Origin: Saprolegnia diclina VS20
Taxonomy: Eukaryota
Direction of reading: 5' to 3'
Assembly: GCF_000281045.1 (NCBI RefSeq)
Contig: NW_008246083.1
Span: 570,186-634,185, forward strand
Length of the DNA stretch: 64,000 nt
Shown: piece by piece, positions 46,472-58,490 of the stretch
Numbering within the stretch: position 1 is the first letter of the stretch
Layout: each line of letters starts with the position of its first letter
Position numbers and translations under genes: made by a program
The notes under the pieces: generated by a model
Database searches by the model: none
What the model saw: only the letters and a program-made list of their open reading frames with translations
What the model was told of the DNA's origin: nothing

Positions 46472-47149
46472 TCACTCGAACGCGATGGCGGTCGTACCTT
46501 GGGTGGTGCAGCTGTCAAGTGGCGCCAAGCTAACGTCCATCAAGTCCAACGAGATGAATCCGCCAAAGTCCATGAACGAGTCCATCGCCAAGATGTCCTC
46601 GTCCATGCGGCTAGCCCATGGATCCTCCATCGAGTCCTCGAGAGCCATCATGAGCTCGGTCGGCAGCATCGCCTCATTGTCGCCGTGCTCCTTCTGGAGG
46701 GTCGAGGAGGATCGTGGGGTCAATTCAAAGTCAGAGAAGAGAGAGATCGAGGGTGTCGGCGATGCAGCCACGACGCGATTGCGGTGCGGCCAGCACACGC
46801 CACGGTCTCGCGCCGCCGCACCGCAGCCGGCCACGCCGCAGAGCGTGGCGCCAGCGTGGGCGAAGCACTTGGTCTTCGCGCCGCGCACCGCGTTCGTGCA
46901 GCCGTCATGGCCGCAGAGGCCGAGTACCTTTGTGCAGTGCTTGCTACAGCGCTTGCCAGCGCGGGCGGGCGACCCGCAGCCGTCGACCTCGCACGTCTCT
47001 TTGCCGCCATGGCCCACGCAGAGACGCCGGGCGTAGACTTGGTTGCAGCAGCCTTCGATCCGGCACTGGGCGCGGTACCGGTGGAAGGCGCACTTGCTAC
47101 CGACGGCCGCGGGCTGAGCGCAGCCCTTGAAGACGCAGGGCCCGACCAT
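46472..47149 (-). CDS. WRKY19-like CCCH zinc-finger repeat protein, copy 5
   Basis: CVFKGC, CNQVYARRLCVGHGG, VCWPHRNR, long acidic Met-rich tail. Confidence 0.85.
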   Translation of the reverse strand: MVGPCVFKGCAQPAAVGSKCAFHRYRAQCRIEGCCNQVYARRLCVGHGGKETCEVDGCGSPARAGKRCSKHCTKVLGLCGHDGCTNAVRGAKTKCFAHAGATLCGVAGCGAAARDRGVCWPHRNRVVAASPTPSISLFSDFELTPRSSSTLQKEHGDNEAMLPTELMMALEDSMEDPWASRMDEDILAMDSFMDFGGFISLDLMDVSLAPLDSCTTQGTTAIAFE

Positions 47150-47648
47150 ACTGCTGCTCTGTTCGTCTCGATGGAAATTGCAAACTGAGCGGAATTTAGG
47201 GTTGGTTGAGACAGCCTGTTTAAAACAGTGTGTTTTTGGTAAAGATACGTACGTGCTGCATTGGTGAGATGGACGCGCGTACGACGACGGCTTGCGCTAG
47301 GTCAAGGACCAGGATCCAAGTGCAGTGTGGTCCATGGACGTACACACATTGCTGCGTTTCTTCGCTGAATGGCTATACGAGCCAAATCTACCACCCACAC
47401 TGGCATGGCAACTGCAGGGTGGGGTGTTTGATACATGTTTTATACATGGCGCCGAAATGAGCCGGTTGTAACGTGCCGAATTAGGACTAAAAATCCGATT
47501 TTAAAAACTGGACACGACTGAAATCCGGTTTCGACTTGATTTTTTACCGGCGCCCCCACCGGCTCGGAGTCTCCAGCTCTGGCATCCTTCGTCGCTGTGG
47601 TCCACGTTGGACAATGTGTACAAGGATAAATAACATATTTAAGGTGAT

Positions 47649-48188
47649 TTAGAACAGAACAATGTCGTCGAGTATCCCATCAAAGTCGATAAAGTCGTCC
47701 GAGAGCGAGGAGACAAGCGTCGTCTCGTCCATCATCCATTCGTCGAGCATGAGAATCAACGCGTCGCCGTCGTTGCAAGCCAAGGCCTCTTGTGGCATGG
47801 GCTTGGAGAGCACGCGGTTACGGTGGTGCCAGCAGAATTTGCCCATGCGTGCGGGCTTCACGCAGTCGTCGACGGCGCAGTTGCTGCTGCCGCCGTGGAG
47901 CGGACATTTGGTTTGGTTGGCGGCGGCGGTGTCTTGAGTGCACCCGTCCACTGAGCACGCGCTGCTGGACCGCGCCGTGTGCTTGGTGCAGAAGTCGCCA
48001 ATACGCACGGGCGAGGCACAGCCCGGCGACTGACACGTCTTTTTGCCGCCGTGGCTCACGCAGAGGAGGCGGGCGTAGACCTGGTTGAAGCAGCCGTCGA
48101 CTTTGCACTTGGAGCGGTAGCGGTGGAAGGCGCACTTGTCAAGGGACGGCACGACTGGCTTGGAGCACCCGTTGAAGAGGCAGCTCAT
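47649..48188 (-). CDS. WRKY19-like CCCH zinc-finger repeat protein, copy 6
   Basis: MSCLFNGC, FNQVYARLLCVSHGG, FCWHHRNR, DALILMLDEW, DFDGILDDI. Confidence 0.85.
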   Translation of the reverse strand: MSCLFNGCSKPVVPSLDKCAFHRYRSKCKVDGCFNQVYARLLCVSHGGKKTCQSPGCASPVRIGDFCTKHTARSSSACSVDGCTQDTAAANQTKCPLHGGSSNCAVDDCVKPARMGKFCWHHRNRVLSKPMPQEALACNDGDALILMLDEWMMDETTLVSSLSDDFIDFDGILDDIVLF

Positions 48189-49681
48189 GATGGAGCGAGG
48201 AAATTCGAAAATGGCATCGTCACGCGCGAGCGATCTTGTGGCGTCGGCTGGATTTGTTTCTTGTTGCCATGTCGCGTCCAAGTATAAAACACTGTTGGAA
48301 AGCTTTTCGCTTCGAAGGCATACAAAAGAAAGGTTGGTTTTGGTGTGTATAAAACACTTGCGACTGTAGACTGTTTAACACATTCTCACACCATTCCCAT
48401 TCTCATCAAATGGTGTAGCTGCACTTCAACGTCGCCGAATCAAGTTGTTTCATTCAGCCAGACACGATGGGCTATTTCGACTGGCTTATCCTATGGACTT
48501 GTCCGATCATACGGCAAGCGTAGGATGACAAGAGGCTTAACGTGAAGAGTGTAGAAAGAAAAGGGCACTCGTGCACAGGCAGTATCCTTGGAGCGATTTG
48601 CTACGAGCTCACACTATTTATGGACAAAGCGGGTGTACCTGTCCCACACACTGCCGCTCGTTTGTAAAGCGCGGGTGTTTTTGACTGGTCTTTGACGGCG
48701 TCCCTCCGTGTTTGTGCCAATCGAGTATCGCTGGCGTGGCGACAACGTACACTATTTCTGTGGAAGCAATCATTCACGCCCCTGCCGGCTCGCTTTGCGA
48801 AAACCGTGTGCGAGTGATCGTCTTGCCGTCAACGCTTCAACGGGCACAAAAGCACGCTCTCCTAAGCGAACCCAATTACATAAATGTCAGCACATTCGAG
48901 GAGATAGCATTATCCCCAAACAGAGTTTAGACGCAAAAGTAGCGATCCAAACCTCGTCAATATCATGCATCACGACCCACGCGGTGTGTATCATCAAGCG
49001 GCGTCGAAGATCGCGTGGGTACGATTCATTGGTCCACGTCAATTGCGAGATGTGGGGTGGCCCTCATGATACGACGGTTCTCTTGATTCTATCGACGACG
49101 ACTGTGCACCGAAGATTCTCATCTCGCCACCCACCCACAGCCAGAGCAAGGGGCGAATCAAGTCACATTGCTCGTTTATGTTTGTTTCAATGAAAACCCT
49201 AACCCCATATTTGACGTAATGGTGGTTTTCATTTTATATTTATATCGACATATGAGCGTGTTTCGCGTTATCTTCGTTGTTACAAAGACTCCGCAGACGT
49301 AGAGCCTAGCAATCTCCTTCTTCTTCATTCGCTCGCCGGGCCGTGGCTGCGCAGGTGACGGCGCGGGGGCTCGTCTTGCTCTGCTATAGTCGCCCAGCGG
49401 CACTTGTGGCCGGGAGTGAGTATGATGACACGCCTCGCAGAGGCCTTCCAGGCTTCGCCGTCGGCGGCAAAGCTATGCTGCTTTTTGAGGGCATCGAGAG
49501 ACGCGAGCGACTGCGACTGCGTTTTTATTTGGTGCAAGAATACGAGCTGAAAACCAAGGGAATCTGCAATGCCCTACACAACCACCCAATCACGTGCGTT
49601 TCGTTACTAGAAACTATATTTTATGGGTTTAACTTATTTATATATCTGAAAGGTGTCTCGAAAGAGCTTGGTCAAAGGGTT

Positions 49682-50218
49682 TTACATGGAGAGAAGAATG
49701 TCGTCCAAAATGCCGTGAAAATCAACATCGTCGTCGTCGAGCGCCATGAGCGGCTCGTCTTGCATCCACTCGTCCAGCATCAGGATGAGCGCGTCGCCGT
49801 CCGTCTCGCTCGCAAACGCAGGCGTCGCTGGCGCGGGCAGCACGCGGTTGCGGTGGGGCCAGCACACGCCGCTAATGCGCGCCGGGAGGGCGCACCCGGC
49901 AATCGAGCACGGCTTGCCGCCGCCGTGGTGCGTGCACTTGTCAAATTGGTGCGCGACGCGCTCGCAGCCCGGCTCGGAGCACAAAGGCTTGGCTTTGCGC
50001 GAGTGTTTGGCGCAAAAATCGCCCGTGCGGACGGTGGTTGTGCAGTTGTCGAACGCACAGTGCTTCTTGCCGCCGTGGCCGACGCAGAGGAGGCGGGCGT
50101 AGACTTGGTTGAAGCAGCCGTCAATTTTACACTTGGAGCGGTACCGGTGGAACGAGCACTTGTCCGAGTACGACATGGTGGGCGCGAAGCAACCGTTAAA
50201 GACGCACGTCACGGCCAT
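49682..50218 (-). CDS. WRKY19-like CCCH zinc-finger repeat protein, copy 7
   Basis: MAVTCVFNGC, FNQVYARLLCVGHGG, VCWPHRNR, DALILMLDEW, DFHGILDDI. Confidence 0.85.
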   Translation of the reverse strand: MAVTCVFNGCFAPTMSYSDKCSFHRYRSKCKIDGCFNQVYARLLCVGHGGKKHCAFDNCTTTVRTGDFCAKHSRKAKPLCSEPGCERVAHQFDKCTHHGGGKPCSIAGCALPARISGVCWPHRNRVLPAPATPAFASETDGDALILMLDEWMQDEPLMALDDDDVDFHGILDDILLSM

Positions 50219-50881
50219 TCTTGGAGCTTGGTGGCAATTCAAAAGAAAATCGAAAAATGGGAGCTCCGAGAGGATGTCTGCACTTCGTTCTTCTTGATGC
50301 GGCTCGTGTTTCTCCTAAACAACACGTGTTGGCCGCAATGAACTGGCGTACCGTGGCCGCTCCGTGGGCGACAACTCGATGGTTGAAATCAGCGCCGTGC
50401 ATCGATTCAGGCATGTTTGATTCACATTTGCTTACAAATACCTAGATAAGAATCAATTGATGTTTTAAACAGCGGGTTGTGTGTCACTCGCGCTAAATTC
50501 TGCGAAATTTGCATTGGCGCGCTGTTTGTTTGTGGTCAAAGACTTGGCTACTTGTATGAGCGTGGGATGTCCCCGGCCGCACAAGTCCAACGGGAACGCC
50601 ACGTTAGTCACCGACCATGGTGCCTGCGACATTTACTTTTTCATTTCTGGCGACAGCAAGAAGCCTTCTGGGCGCCTAAAATCATGAAAAATTGCTTGAT
50701 TAGGGCAATTTCAAGTGCAAACGAATCTTGGACGTCGAGGCGCCACGTGGAAGAAAAAGCCAGATGTCCTACAGAAGGAAAAACGGTGTGCATCGACGGC
50801 GTCCTGGATGTTGAAGGGAACGAACGTGGGGTACGTGGCAGTCCAACGGAAGATCGATTTTTTTGGACACGCCGACGTGCA

Positions 50882-51226
50882 NNNNNNNNNNNNNNNNNNN
50901 NNNNNNNNNNNNNNNNNNNNNNNNNNNNNNNNNNNNNNNNNNNNNNNNNNNNNNNNNNNNNNNNNNNNNNNNNNNNNNNNNNNNNNNNNNNNNNNNNNNN
51001 NNNNNNNNNNNNNNNNNNNNNNNNNNNNNNNNNNNNNNNNNNNNNNNNNNNNNNNNNNNNNNNNNNNNNNNNNNNNNNNNNNNNNNNNNNNNNNNNNNNN
51101 NNNNNNNNNNNNNNNNNNNNNNNNNNNNNNNNNNNNNNNNNNNNNNNNNNNNNNNNNNNNNNNNNNNNNNNNNNNNNNNNNNNNNNNNNNNNNNNNNNNN
51201 NNNNNNNNNNNNNNNNNNNNNNNNNN
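50882..51226. other. Assembly gap (N run)
   Basis: Run of N inside the tandem zinc-finger cluster. Confidence 1.
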
Positions 51227-51229
51227 GTC

Positions 51230-51802
51230 TCAATCGTGTCCGGTGTGCGACGCGTTGCTAAACGCGATAATGTCGTCCAAGATGCCGTCCAAGTCAATGT
51301 CCTGGAGCTCCAAGTGAGGTCCGTCGGTCGAGGCCCACTCATCGAGCATGAGTGCGAGCGCGTCGCAGTTGTCGGGCGTCGTCGTCGTCGTTGTTGCCGC
51401 ACTTGGCATGATTCGGTTGCGGTGGCTCCAGCAAAACTGCCCGACCCGCGCCGGCATCAAGCAGCAGTCGACGGCGCATGGCGTGCCGCCGCCGTGCAGC
51501 GTGCAAAAGCCTCTGGCACTGACGGGGTGCGTGCAGCCGCCGCTGAATTGGCACATGGCTGGTCCGCGCGTCGAGTGTTTGGTACAGTAGTCGCCGATGC
51601 GAGCGGGCGTTGTGCACTGCGGGTGCATGCAGAGCTTCTTGCCGCCGTGGCTCACGCAGAGCCGCCGCGCGTAGACCTGGTTGAAGCAGTCGGCAACGCT
51701 GCACTTGGTGCGGTACCGGTGAAAGTGACACTTGTCACGCGCCGGCAGCGTCGGGTTGGAGCAGCCGTCAAAGAGGCAATGTGTTGGTGCGGACGTTGCC
51801 AT
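51230..51802 (-). CDS. WRKY19-like CCCH zinc-finger repeat protein, copy 8
   Basis: CLFDGC, FNQVYARRLCVSHGG, FCWSHRNR, DALALMLDEW, DLDGILDDI. Confidence 0.85.
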   Translation of the reverse strand: MATSAPTHCLFDGCSNPTLPARDKCHFHRYRTKCSVADCFNQVYARRLCVSHGGKKLCMHPQCTTPARIGDYCTKHSTRGPAMCQFSGGCTHPVSARGFCTLHGGGTPCAVDCCLMPARVGQFCWSHRNRIMPSAATTTTTTPDNCDALALMLDEWASTDGPHLELQDIDLDGILDDIIAFSNASHTGHD

Positions 51803-52846
51803 TTTGAAAATGAAGGAGGTGTTGCTGGTCGACTTGGCAATGACAACAGCGAGGCGATGTGTCCCATGCTCGCACCGAGCCAACCAACACTCAAGGGCAG
51901 TAACTCTGAGCCATGGACATACAAAAAACCATTCTCGCAAACCTCGTGGATCACTTGTCCAAGGGTTGTGTGCTGCAAGTTTGTAAATCCGGCTTGGACG
52001 GACACTCCTGGGATATCCCAATGTACGAGTGTACGTACATTAGGGTACATTGCCCGATTCTACGCGATATGTCTATGCGATGTACCCGTACATTGTGTAT
52101 TGTACGAGAAGGTGTCGCCCCGAATGTACAACCAGCGAAGTTGTTGGGGTTGTTGCGCTGACACATTAGCTCCAAGCAGCCGTACTGGTGTGTATACTAA
52201 CGATAAATCGACCTATTGTACGCGGATCTAGAGACTCTTCCACCGAGTGATGCCTTCTATGACCCTCCAAGGACCCTCGGTTTAAAACTGCGACCATGGC
52301 AGACATGCCCCGCGCAAGGTGCAAGGCTTTGAACCAACAAGCCATTACTCGCCCACCTCCCGCAAAAGCAACGCACATACGTCGCATGGACGTTCCCGGG
52401 GACTAGTACGTGTCTGCGATCGCACCCGACTCAAATTTTCCTGGTCAGCCGATTCAACGCCTTTCGCCCAGTGCACACTCGTAGAGGAGATATACTGCTA
52501 CCTAGTACCAGCGTGCGCCCGTGTAGACCGTCGCCTTGGTACTGCACTTGCAGCCATCACTGCTTGGGGCATTTCAGAATGATGGTCGTTTGTGAACAGA
52601 CCATCATTCGACTGATGAGTTGCCACTGTCGTGTGGTTGCCAGACACGCCAAGGCCGCAGCGCTCACAACCCCGAAAAGATCCGGCACGAATCTTGTGGT
52701 TGTCCGAGGTTTGAGCCGCACAGCGCTTGCATGCCCAGTGCATGGTGCGACCCTCTGCAGGCAGCTCAGCTCAACGACCAAAGCGAAAAGGCAAATGCGA
52801 GTGTATTCAATCTCCTAGCGTCGAGGCACGAGATGTGGCAGCAAGC

Positions 52847-54882
52847 TTAGAACTCACGGCGGGCAAACTTGGTCTCCGACATAAACTCGACGGCCACCGT
52901 TCGGTTGGCAAACCCGCGCCCGTGGAGCTCGTTGGACGCATGCTGCGCGTGGACGACTTCGCCAAACTCGACAAAGATCTAAACCATCAGATCTGAGTGC
53001 CATCGTTTCAATCTATCAAGTAGAGAGACATACCTTGCCCACCGAGGCGAGTTGGTACTGCGTCTCGCCCGGACGCGGCACGACCATGGACCGGATCGGC
53101 CCCGACTTTTCGCACTCGGCGCGAATGTCGTCGCAAATGTCCTGGTACTCGTCGTTGTCGGTCAGGTCCTCGGGCGTCACCATGTTGAGGAGCACAATGA
53201 TGCGCGAGGGCGCGCCCAAGGGCACACTCGGCACGATCTGCAGCGGCATCGCCTGGTGCTTTTGCAGCTGCTGCAAGATCGGGTCCACGTTCAGCAATAG
53301 CGGGTTGGACGACGTCGCGGCTTGCATCATGGTGGTCGTCGTCACGCCCGGGTTGCCGAGCTGCTGCGGCGGCGCGTGCGGGTGGTCCGGCGGGTAGAGG
53401 CCGCCGGCCGTCAGCGCCGTGCGCACCGTGAGCGTCTTATCGCCAATCTGCATGTCGTTGAGGCCCGCGCACGCGACTTGCGTGACTTCCGGGTCCATGT
53501 ACTCGCAAAAGCCATAGCCCTAGCACTCGCCTCGTACAGTGGCTCATGAGGAGGACGACTGGTACCTTGGAGAGGTTGGTGTTGAGCTCCTTGACGAGGT
53601 GGAACGACTTGAGCGCACCAAAGGCCTGGAGGAGCTCCTTGACCTGCTCTTCGTTGAGGTGGTACGGGAGGCCGCCGATGAAGATCTTGCCGGGGCCGTC
53701 CGAGACCGACGTCGAGACGATGCCAAGCGCGTTGACGTTGAGCTTGGGGATCGGACCGACGTCTTTGACCGCCGACGGGTTGTAGTCGTTCGGGCGGCGG
53801 ATCTTGAGCGGCTGCCCATGGTACGAGACGCCGTCGAGCTCCATGCACGCGGTCGTGAGCTCGATCGACTTGAGCTCGACGAACGCAAAGTGGCGCTCGC
53901 GGTTGATGTACACCTACATAGTGTATGGAGACGTGTTGCAGCTGCACGGACGTACCGAGACGACGCTGCCGTGCTCTTGGCGCTCGCCCAAGGCCTTGTC
54001 GATGACTTCGTTGAAGAAGCGCTCAATCTCCTGCTCGGGCACGTCGCCAAAGCCGCCAACGTACAAGCGGCGGGCGTGGCGCGAGTGCTGGTTGCCGGCA
54101 AACGCCTGTGACGTAGCGCATAAGCGTCTCGACCATTGATAGAAGAGAGAGAGAAAGCACGCGTACTTGATGGTGCATGTAGGCCTACGCGACCCATGAG
54201 CCTCAAGTCCAGGCATACGATACAAGAGTTCAAACGTACGTTGGACGTGGGCGGGCCAAACGACGCGGGGCCAACGACGCCAGAGAGGGCCGCCAAGTTG
54301 GCCTGCAAGATGGCTTGGGCCGCGTAGGCGGCCGCATTCTCTTGTGTGACACCCGGCGGCAAAACGTCGAATCTGATCCGACATGCATGATAAGAAGGTG
54401 GTCGGACGCAATGGCATGGCGTACCGTCGAGTGCGCACGCGCCCCGAGCCGCTCAAGGAATAAATACCGAGGCCTTCGAATTTCTTCACTTCGCCTTGAT
54501 CGCGCTTGTTGCTGCCTCGGCGGTCGCGCGGGTCGTCCCGGCGCGACGACCGGTCCTTCGAGCGCGACCGATCGCGCCGCCTTCGGTCGTCATGGCGATC
54601 GCGAGTGTCGCGATCGCTGTGGCGGCCACCACGCGAGTCGCGGCCACTTCGGTCACGGTCGTAGCGGTCGCTGCGCGACGAGCGATCACGGTCACTGCGC
54701 TCGTGGCGGTCGCTGCGAGGGTACGCGTCGCGCGAGCCCTGGTCGCGGCGCGGCTCCTGCGCATCCGCATATTGGTCGCGTTGGCCCGGCGGCGGCAGGA
54801 TGGAGGGCGGCGGCCCGCCTCCGTTCTCTTGCTGCTGCTGCATCCACGCGGGCAGGACCAGTTCACGTCCCCGGCCGGCCAT
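52847..54882 (-). CDS. U2AF2: U2 snRNP auxiliary factor large subunit (U2AF65), multi-exon
   Basis: RS/RD-rich N-terminus; RHARRLYVGG; FAFVE; LKIRRPNDYNP; KIFIGGLPYHLNEEQVKELL; UHM domain IVLLNMVTPEDL..IRAECEKSG; stop TAA at 52847. Confidence 0.93.
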
Positions 54883-55352
54883 CTTCCACTCGTTCGCTTA
54901 AAGCCGCAGAATCGCCGATTGGTCGATGGGTCCCACGCCCTTTTTATTCCAACATCCAATTCCACATACAAGTATCAAGTATAGCAGCTATAGTTGATTA
55001 AACAATGACACGTGGGAAGTTCGAATTTTCAAAATACTGTACAACACGCAAATAGTGTTTCTTAGTCAACGCCATCGACTACACAGACACGAGCCAGTCG
55101 AAATGCTACGAACGACTCCAGTTGGTCCTCGCGCGCAAGATTCGACGGCGACTCGAGGCGATCATTGCAGGTCATGCTCTTGCTTGCTTGCAGTAGCGCA
55201 GCCTCGATCGCACGACGCCAACAGCCCGCCCCCAGTCGTGCTTTAGTCGCTCCTTAGTCGAACGAATTGCGGTAAAATTGAAACGCAACACGGGAATTTG
55301 TTGAAGTTGCGGCCAGCTGCCGTTATATCCCAGTAGTCAGCGGACAAGCAGC

Positions 55353-56012
55353 ATGCTCAGCATCGACGAGCGCGGCTTCGTGGCCCTCAACAGCTTCTTC
55401 GACACGCTCGAGGCCATGGAGCAGGCCTTCTCGGCGCTCGCGGCGGCGCCGCCATCGCCCGCGGAGGCTGGTCTGCGCCTCGCCGTGCTTACCGTCGTGG
55501 GGCTGCTGGCCGCCGGCTTTGGCCTCGCCGGCCATCGCGCGCCCCGCGCCTACGTCTTTCTCCAGATGAGCTTGATTGGCATCGCCATGAGTCCCGAGGT
55601 GCTGCTCGGTCCAACGAGCCTCTGGTCGGTGCCGAGCCTGGGCTTTGGGCTGCTTCTCGGCCTCCTCGGCGCAGCGCTGCCCAAGGTCGCGATCGTCGTC
55701 ATCGCGTCCGTGGCCGTCAACCGCAATGTGTACACGCAGTACGCGCTGCCTCTCCTCGCACGCGTGCTCGTTCCGCTCATCCTCACGCTCATCTTCGCCA
55801 AGGCCGTCGCCGACGACGCCGACATCCGCACGTATGTGCTCGCGCTCTCGGCCATCCAAGGCGCCGACATGCTCCAAGACGTGCTTCTAAGTCTCCTCGG
55901 GCTCGACCAAAACAAAAGCTCGCTGCTTGCGGGCCTCCTCATCTTTGTGCAGCAATACCAGCGCATGTTGGAGCCCAAGTCGCCAGTCGTCGCCCACGCC
56001 AAAGCCGACTAA
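55353..56012 (+). CDS. Small multi-pass membrane protein, function unknown
   Basis: 219-aa ORF with GC3-rich codons and about 6 hydrophobic segments. Confidence 0.7.
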   Translation: MLSIDERGFVALNSFFDTLEAMEQAFSALAAAPPSPAEAGLRLAVLTVVGLLAAGFGLAGHRAPRAYVFLQMSLIGIAMSPEVLLGPTSLWSVPSLGFGLLLGLLGAALPKVAIVVIASVAVNRNVYTQYALPLLARVLVPLILTLIFAKAVADDADIRTYVLALSAIQGADMLQDVLLSLLGLDQNKSSLLAGLLIFVQQYQRMLEPKSPVVAHAKAD

Positions 56013-56058
56013 ATTGGCGACTGTACTACTGGCGATTGTACTACAGCGTCGACTGCGC

Positions 56059-58069
56059 TCACGCAAGCTTCATGTTCCACTAATAGAGACACCTTTGACG
56101 TTGACGTGTGCAATACCGACTACGTACTGATTTCAAGCGGGTGACAGCCTCGAAGCCGTGCTCCGAGAGGCTGTGGCCCTTGCCCGTATCCTTGACGCCG
56201 GTCCACGGCAGGTGCGGGTCGACCGCATCGCACCGGTTCTACCGCATCAGGCTCATGGTTCTGCCTCAGAGAGACAAGGCCAATACCATGTAGACAGTGC
56301 CGACGTCGAGCTGGCGACCGATGGCCATCGCGCGCTCCTACCGTCCTCCTCCTCAGCTCTAGCGTCATCTTTGCATGGATGTACGTGGCTGGTCGTAAAG
56401 ACCCCGCCCGTGAGGCCATACGCACTGTCGTTCATGCACCGGATGGCTTCGTCGTCCGAGGCAACACGCATGACGCCTACATCGTCTTCTTCGCCACGAG
56501 AGCCTTCGCAGCAGACGTACCCAAGATCGGCCCAAACGACTCGTCGACCATGAGGCGCATGGCATGCGTGCAGTCGGCCACGAGCGTCGGCGGGAAGAAG
56601 CGACCGTGCCCCGAAGCGTCCTGCACTTCACGAGGTGCAGCCGTCTTGGTGAGCACCCGCCCACCCTTTGCAACTGCATCGGCCACCTGCACTCGGTACG
56701 TGAGCCATCCAAGACGCCATCAGAGTTGTCTACGTGCTGCGCCAACGTAGCAGTCGACGATCCCTTGAGCGCCATGGGCCCGAGCGTCGTCGTCTTGTGC
56801 AGCGGATCGCCCATCTAAGAAGCGAGGTTCGGGCGTCGTTGGCGACAGAGCGAGTACCTCGTACGCATCAAAGTGGCTCGTGGCGAGAGCGAGGAACTCG
56901 TCGTAGAGGGATGTATGCACGTAGACGCGCTCGACGGCGCAGCACGACTGGCCGGCGTTGTAGCACGCGCCATCGATCGCGCCGGCCGCGGCGGCGGCCA
57001 CGTCGGCGTCTGCGGCAATGTACAAGGCGTCCTTGCCGCCGAGCTCGAGCGTCGAACCAAGGAACCGGTGCTTGTCCGCGATCGTTCGAAAGACCTCGCG
57101 GCCCCTAGCACAGTGTCGCCTTGTGACCACAGAATAGAGTGTCAATGGACGACGTACCCGCGCACCGAGCCTGTGAACGAGACAAACTGGACATCGGGGT
57201 GCGCAATGGCCGTCGCGGCCGTGCTGTGGGCCATTTGCTCGGCGCGGAGGAGGTCGCTGGGGAACCCCGCGGCCTCCAAGGTGGCTTGGAAGCGGCTGCC
57301 GCAGAGCGGCGTCTGCGGCGAGTGCTTGAGGAGCACGCCGTTGCCGGCGAGGAGCGCGGGCAGCACCGAGTTGACGACCGTCATCATCGGGTAGTTCCAT
57401 GGCGCAATGACAAAGACGACGCCGACAGGCTCCTTGGTGATGCAGCGAAAGAGCGTGGTAGCGTCGTCCTGCGGAAACGTCGTCGGCGCCAGCGCCTTCT
57501 CCGCGAGTTCAATCATGACCCTAGATACGCATGAGGGGATGGAAAGGGGTGGTGAGGACGGACTTGGCCCGCTGAATCGTGCCCCGGACTTCGCCTTTGG
57601 CCTAGACGGGCGCTTGTGAACACTTAACATATAAGCAGTATATGGAGGACGTACCTGCGCCAGCGGCTTGCCCATTTGAAGTGTGATCTCGGTCGCAATC
57701 TCGTCGACTTGGTCATTGAGGACGTCGACCCACTTGGTCGCGATCGCTTGGCGCTGCGCGAGGGTCGTCGACGCCCAGTAGCGCTGCGCTTTCTTGACGC
57801 GATCGATCGTGTCGAGGACGCTGGACGAAGATGCTTCCGTCACATGCGCCACGGGCTCGAGCGTGTACGGGTTCTCGACCGCAAACCTACAGCATCCTCC
57901 ACTCGCTTCCACGCTCATGATCGCCTCACTGCCTACGTGGTGGCCGAGGCGAACGTCGCGATGGGGCCGCGCGCCAGCTTGGTCGTCTCCCGAAGCACTG
58001 TCTTCTACGGTCCCATGCACGGATGAGGCCATGCACCTCCAGCTCGTCTACCTGCACCGCTGGCCACAT
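56059..58069 (-). CDS. Aldehyde dehydrogenase, multi-exon, predicted mitochondrial presequence
   Basis: PWNYP, FTGS, ELGGKD, catalytic NAGQSCCAVER, ESFGP, FMNRCDAVDP..WTGVKDTGKG. Spliced N-terminus reads MWPAVQKTVLRETTKLARGPIATFASATT. Confidence 0.9.
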
Positions 58070-58375
58070 GCGTCGTCGTCAGAAAGTCACCAGCTCAGTT
58101 GAATCTTGCCGAAGCTGTAGTATTTTCTTCAAGTATAGTATACAAAAACCAAGGTTATTGCCAAGATACCTGATGCGCCAATCAGCGGCCACTTGAAGTG
58201 GCCATCGCGATCTTCGCCTCTGAGAACGAACGCGATGGGCAGGCGACTTCAAGTTCGTCAGCTGGCAGAAGAAGAAGCAGTGGCACCTGCTTGGACTCGG
58301 GTTCTTCGACCATGATCCGACCAGGGGCTCCCCGAAACCCACCGTCGACACCTCGCACGCCTGAGAGTCAAGTCA

Positions 58376-58490
58376 TGTACTAGTAAGTACTAGTCTTACT
58401 AGTATACTAGAATGCTAGTTTGAATACCCAACTACAGTCAAACGCTTTACTAACTGAGCTATGCTCGGACTTAGAATGCTAGTTGACTAG
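58376..58490. repeat. Cluster of ACTAG(T) motifs with a TAGAATGCTAGTT direct repeat
   Basis: tactagtaagtactagtcttactagtatactag; TAGAATGCTAGTT at 58408 and 58472. Confidence 0.6.

Noticed and set aside
50477..52231. 584-aa ORF (and other ORFs spanning N runs)
   Set aside because: Artefact of translating through the assembly gap.
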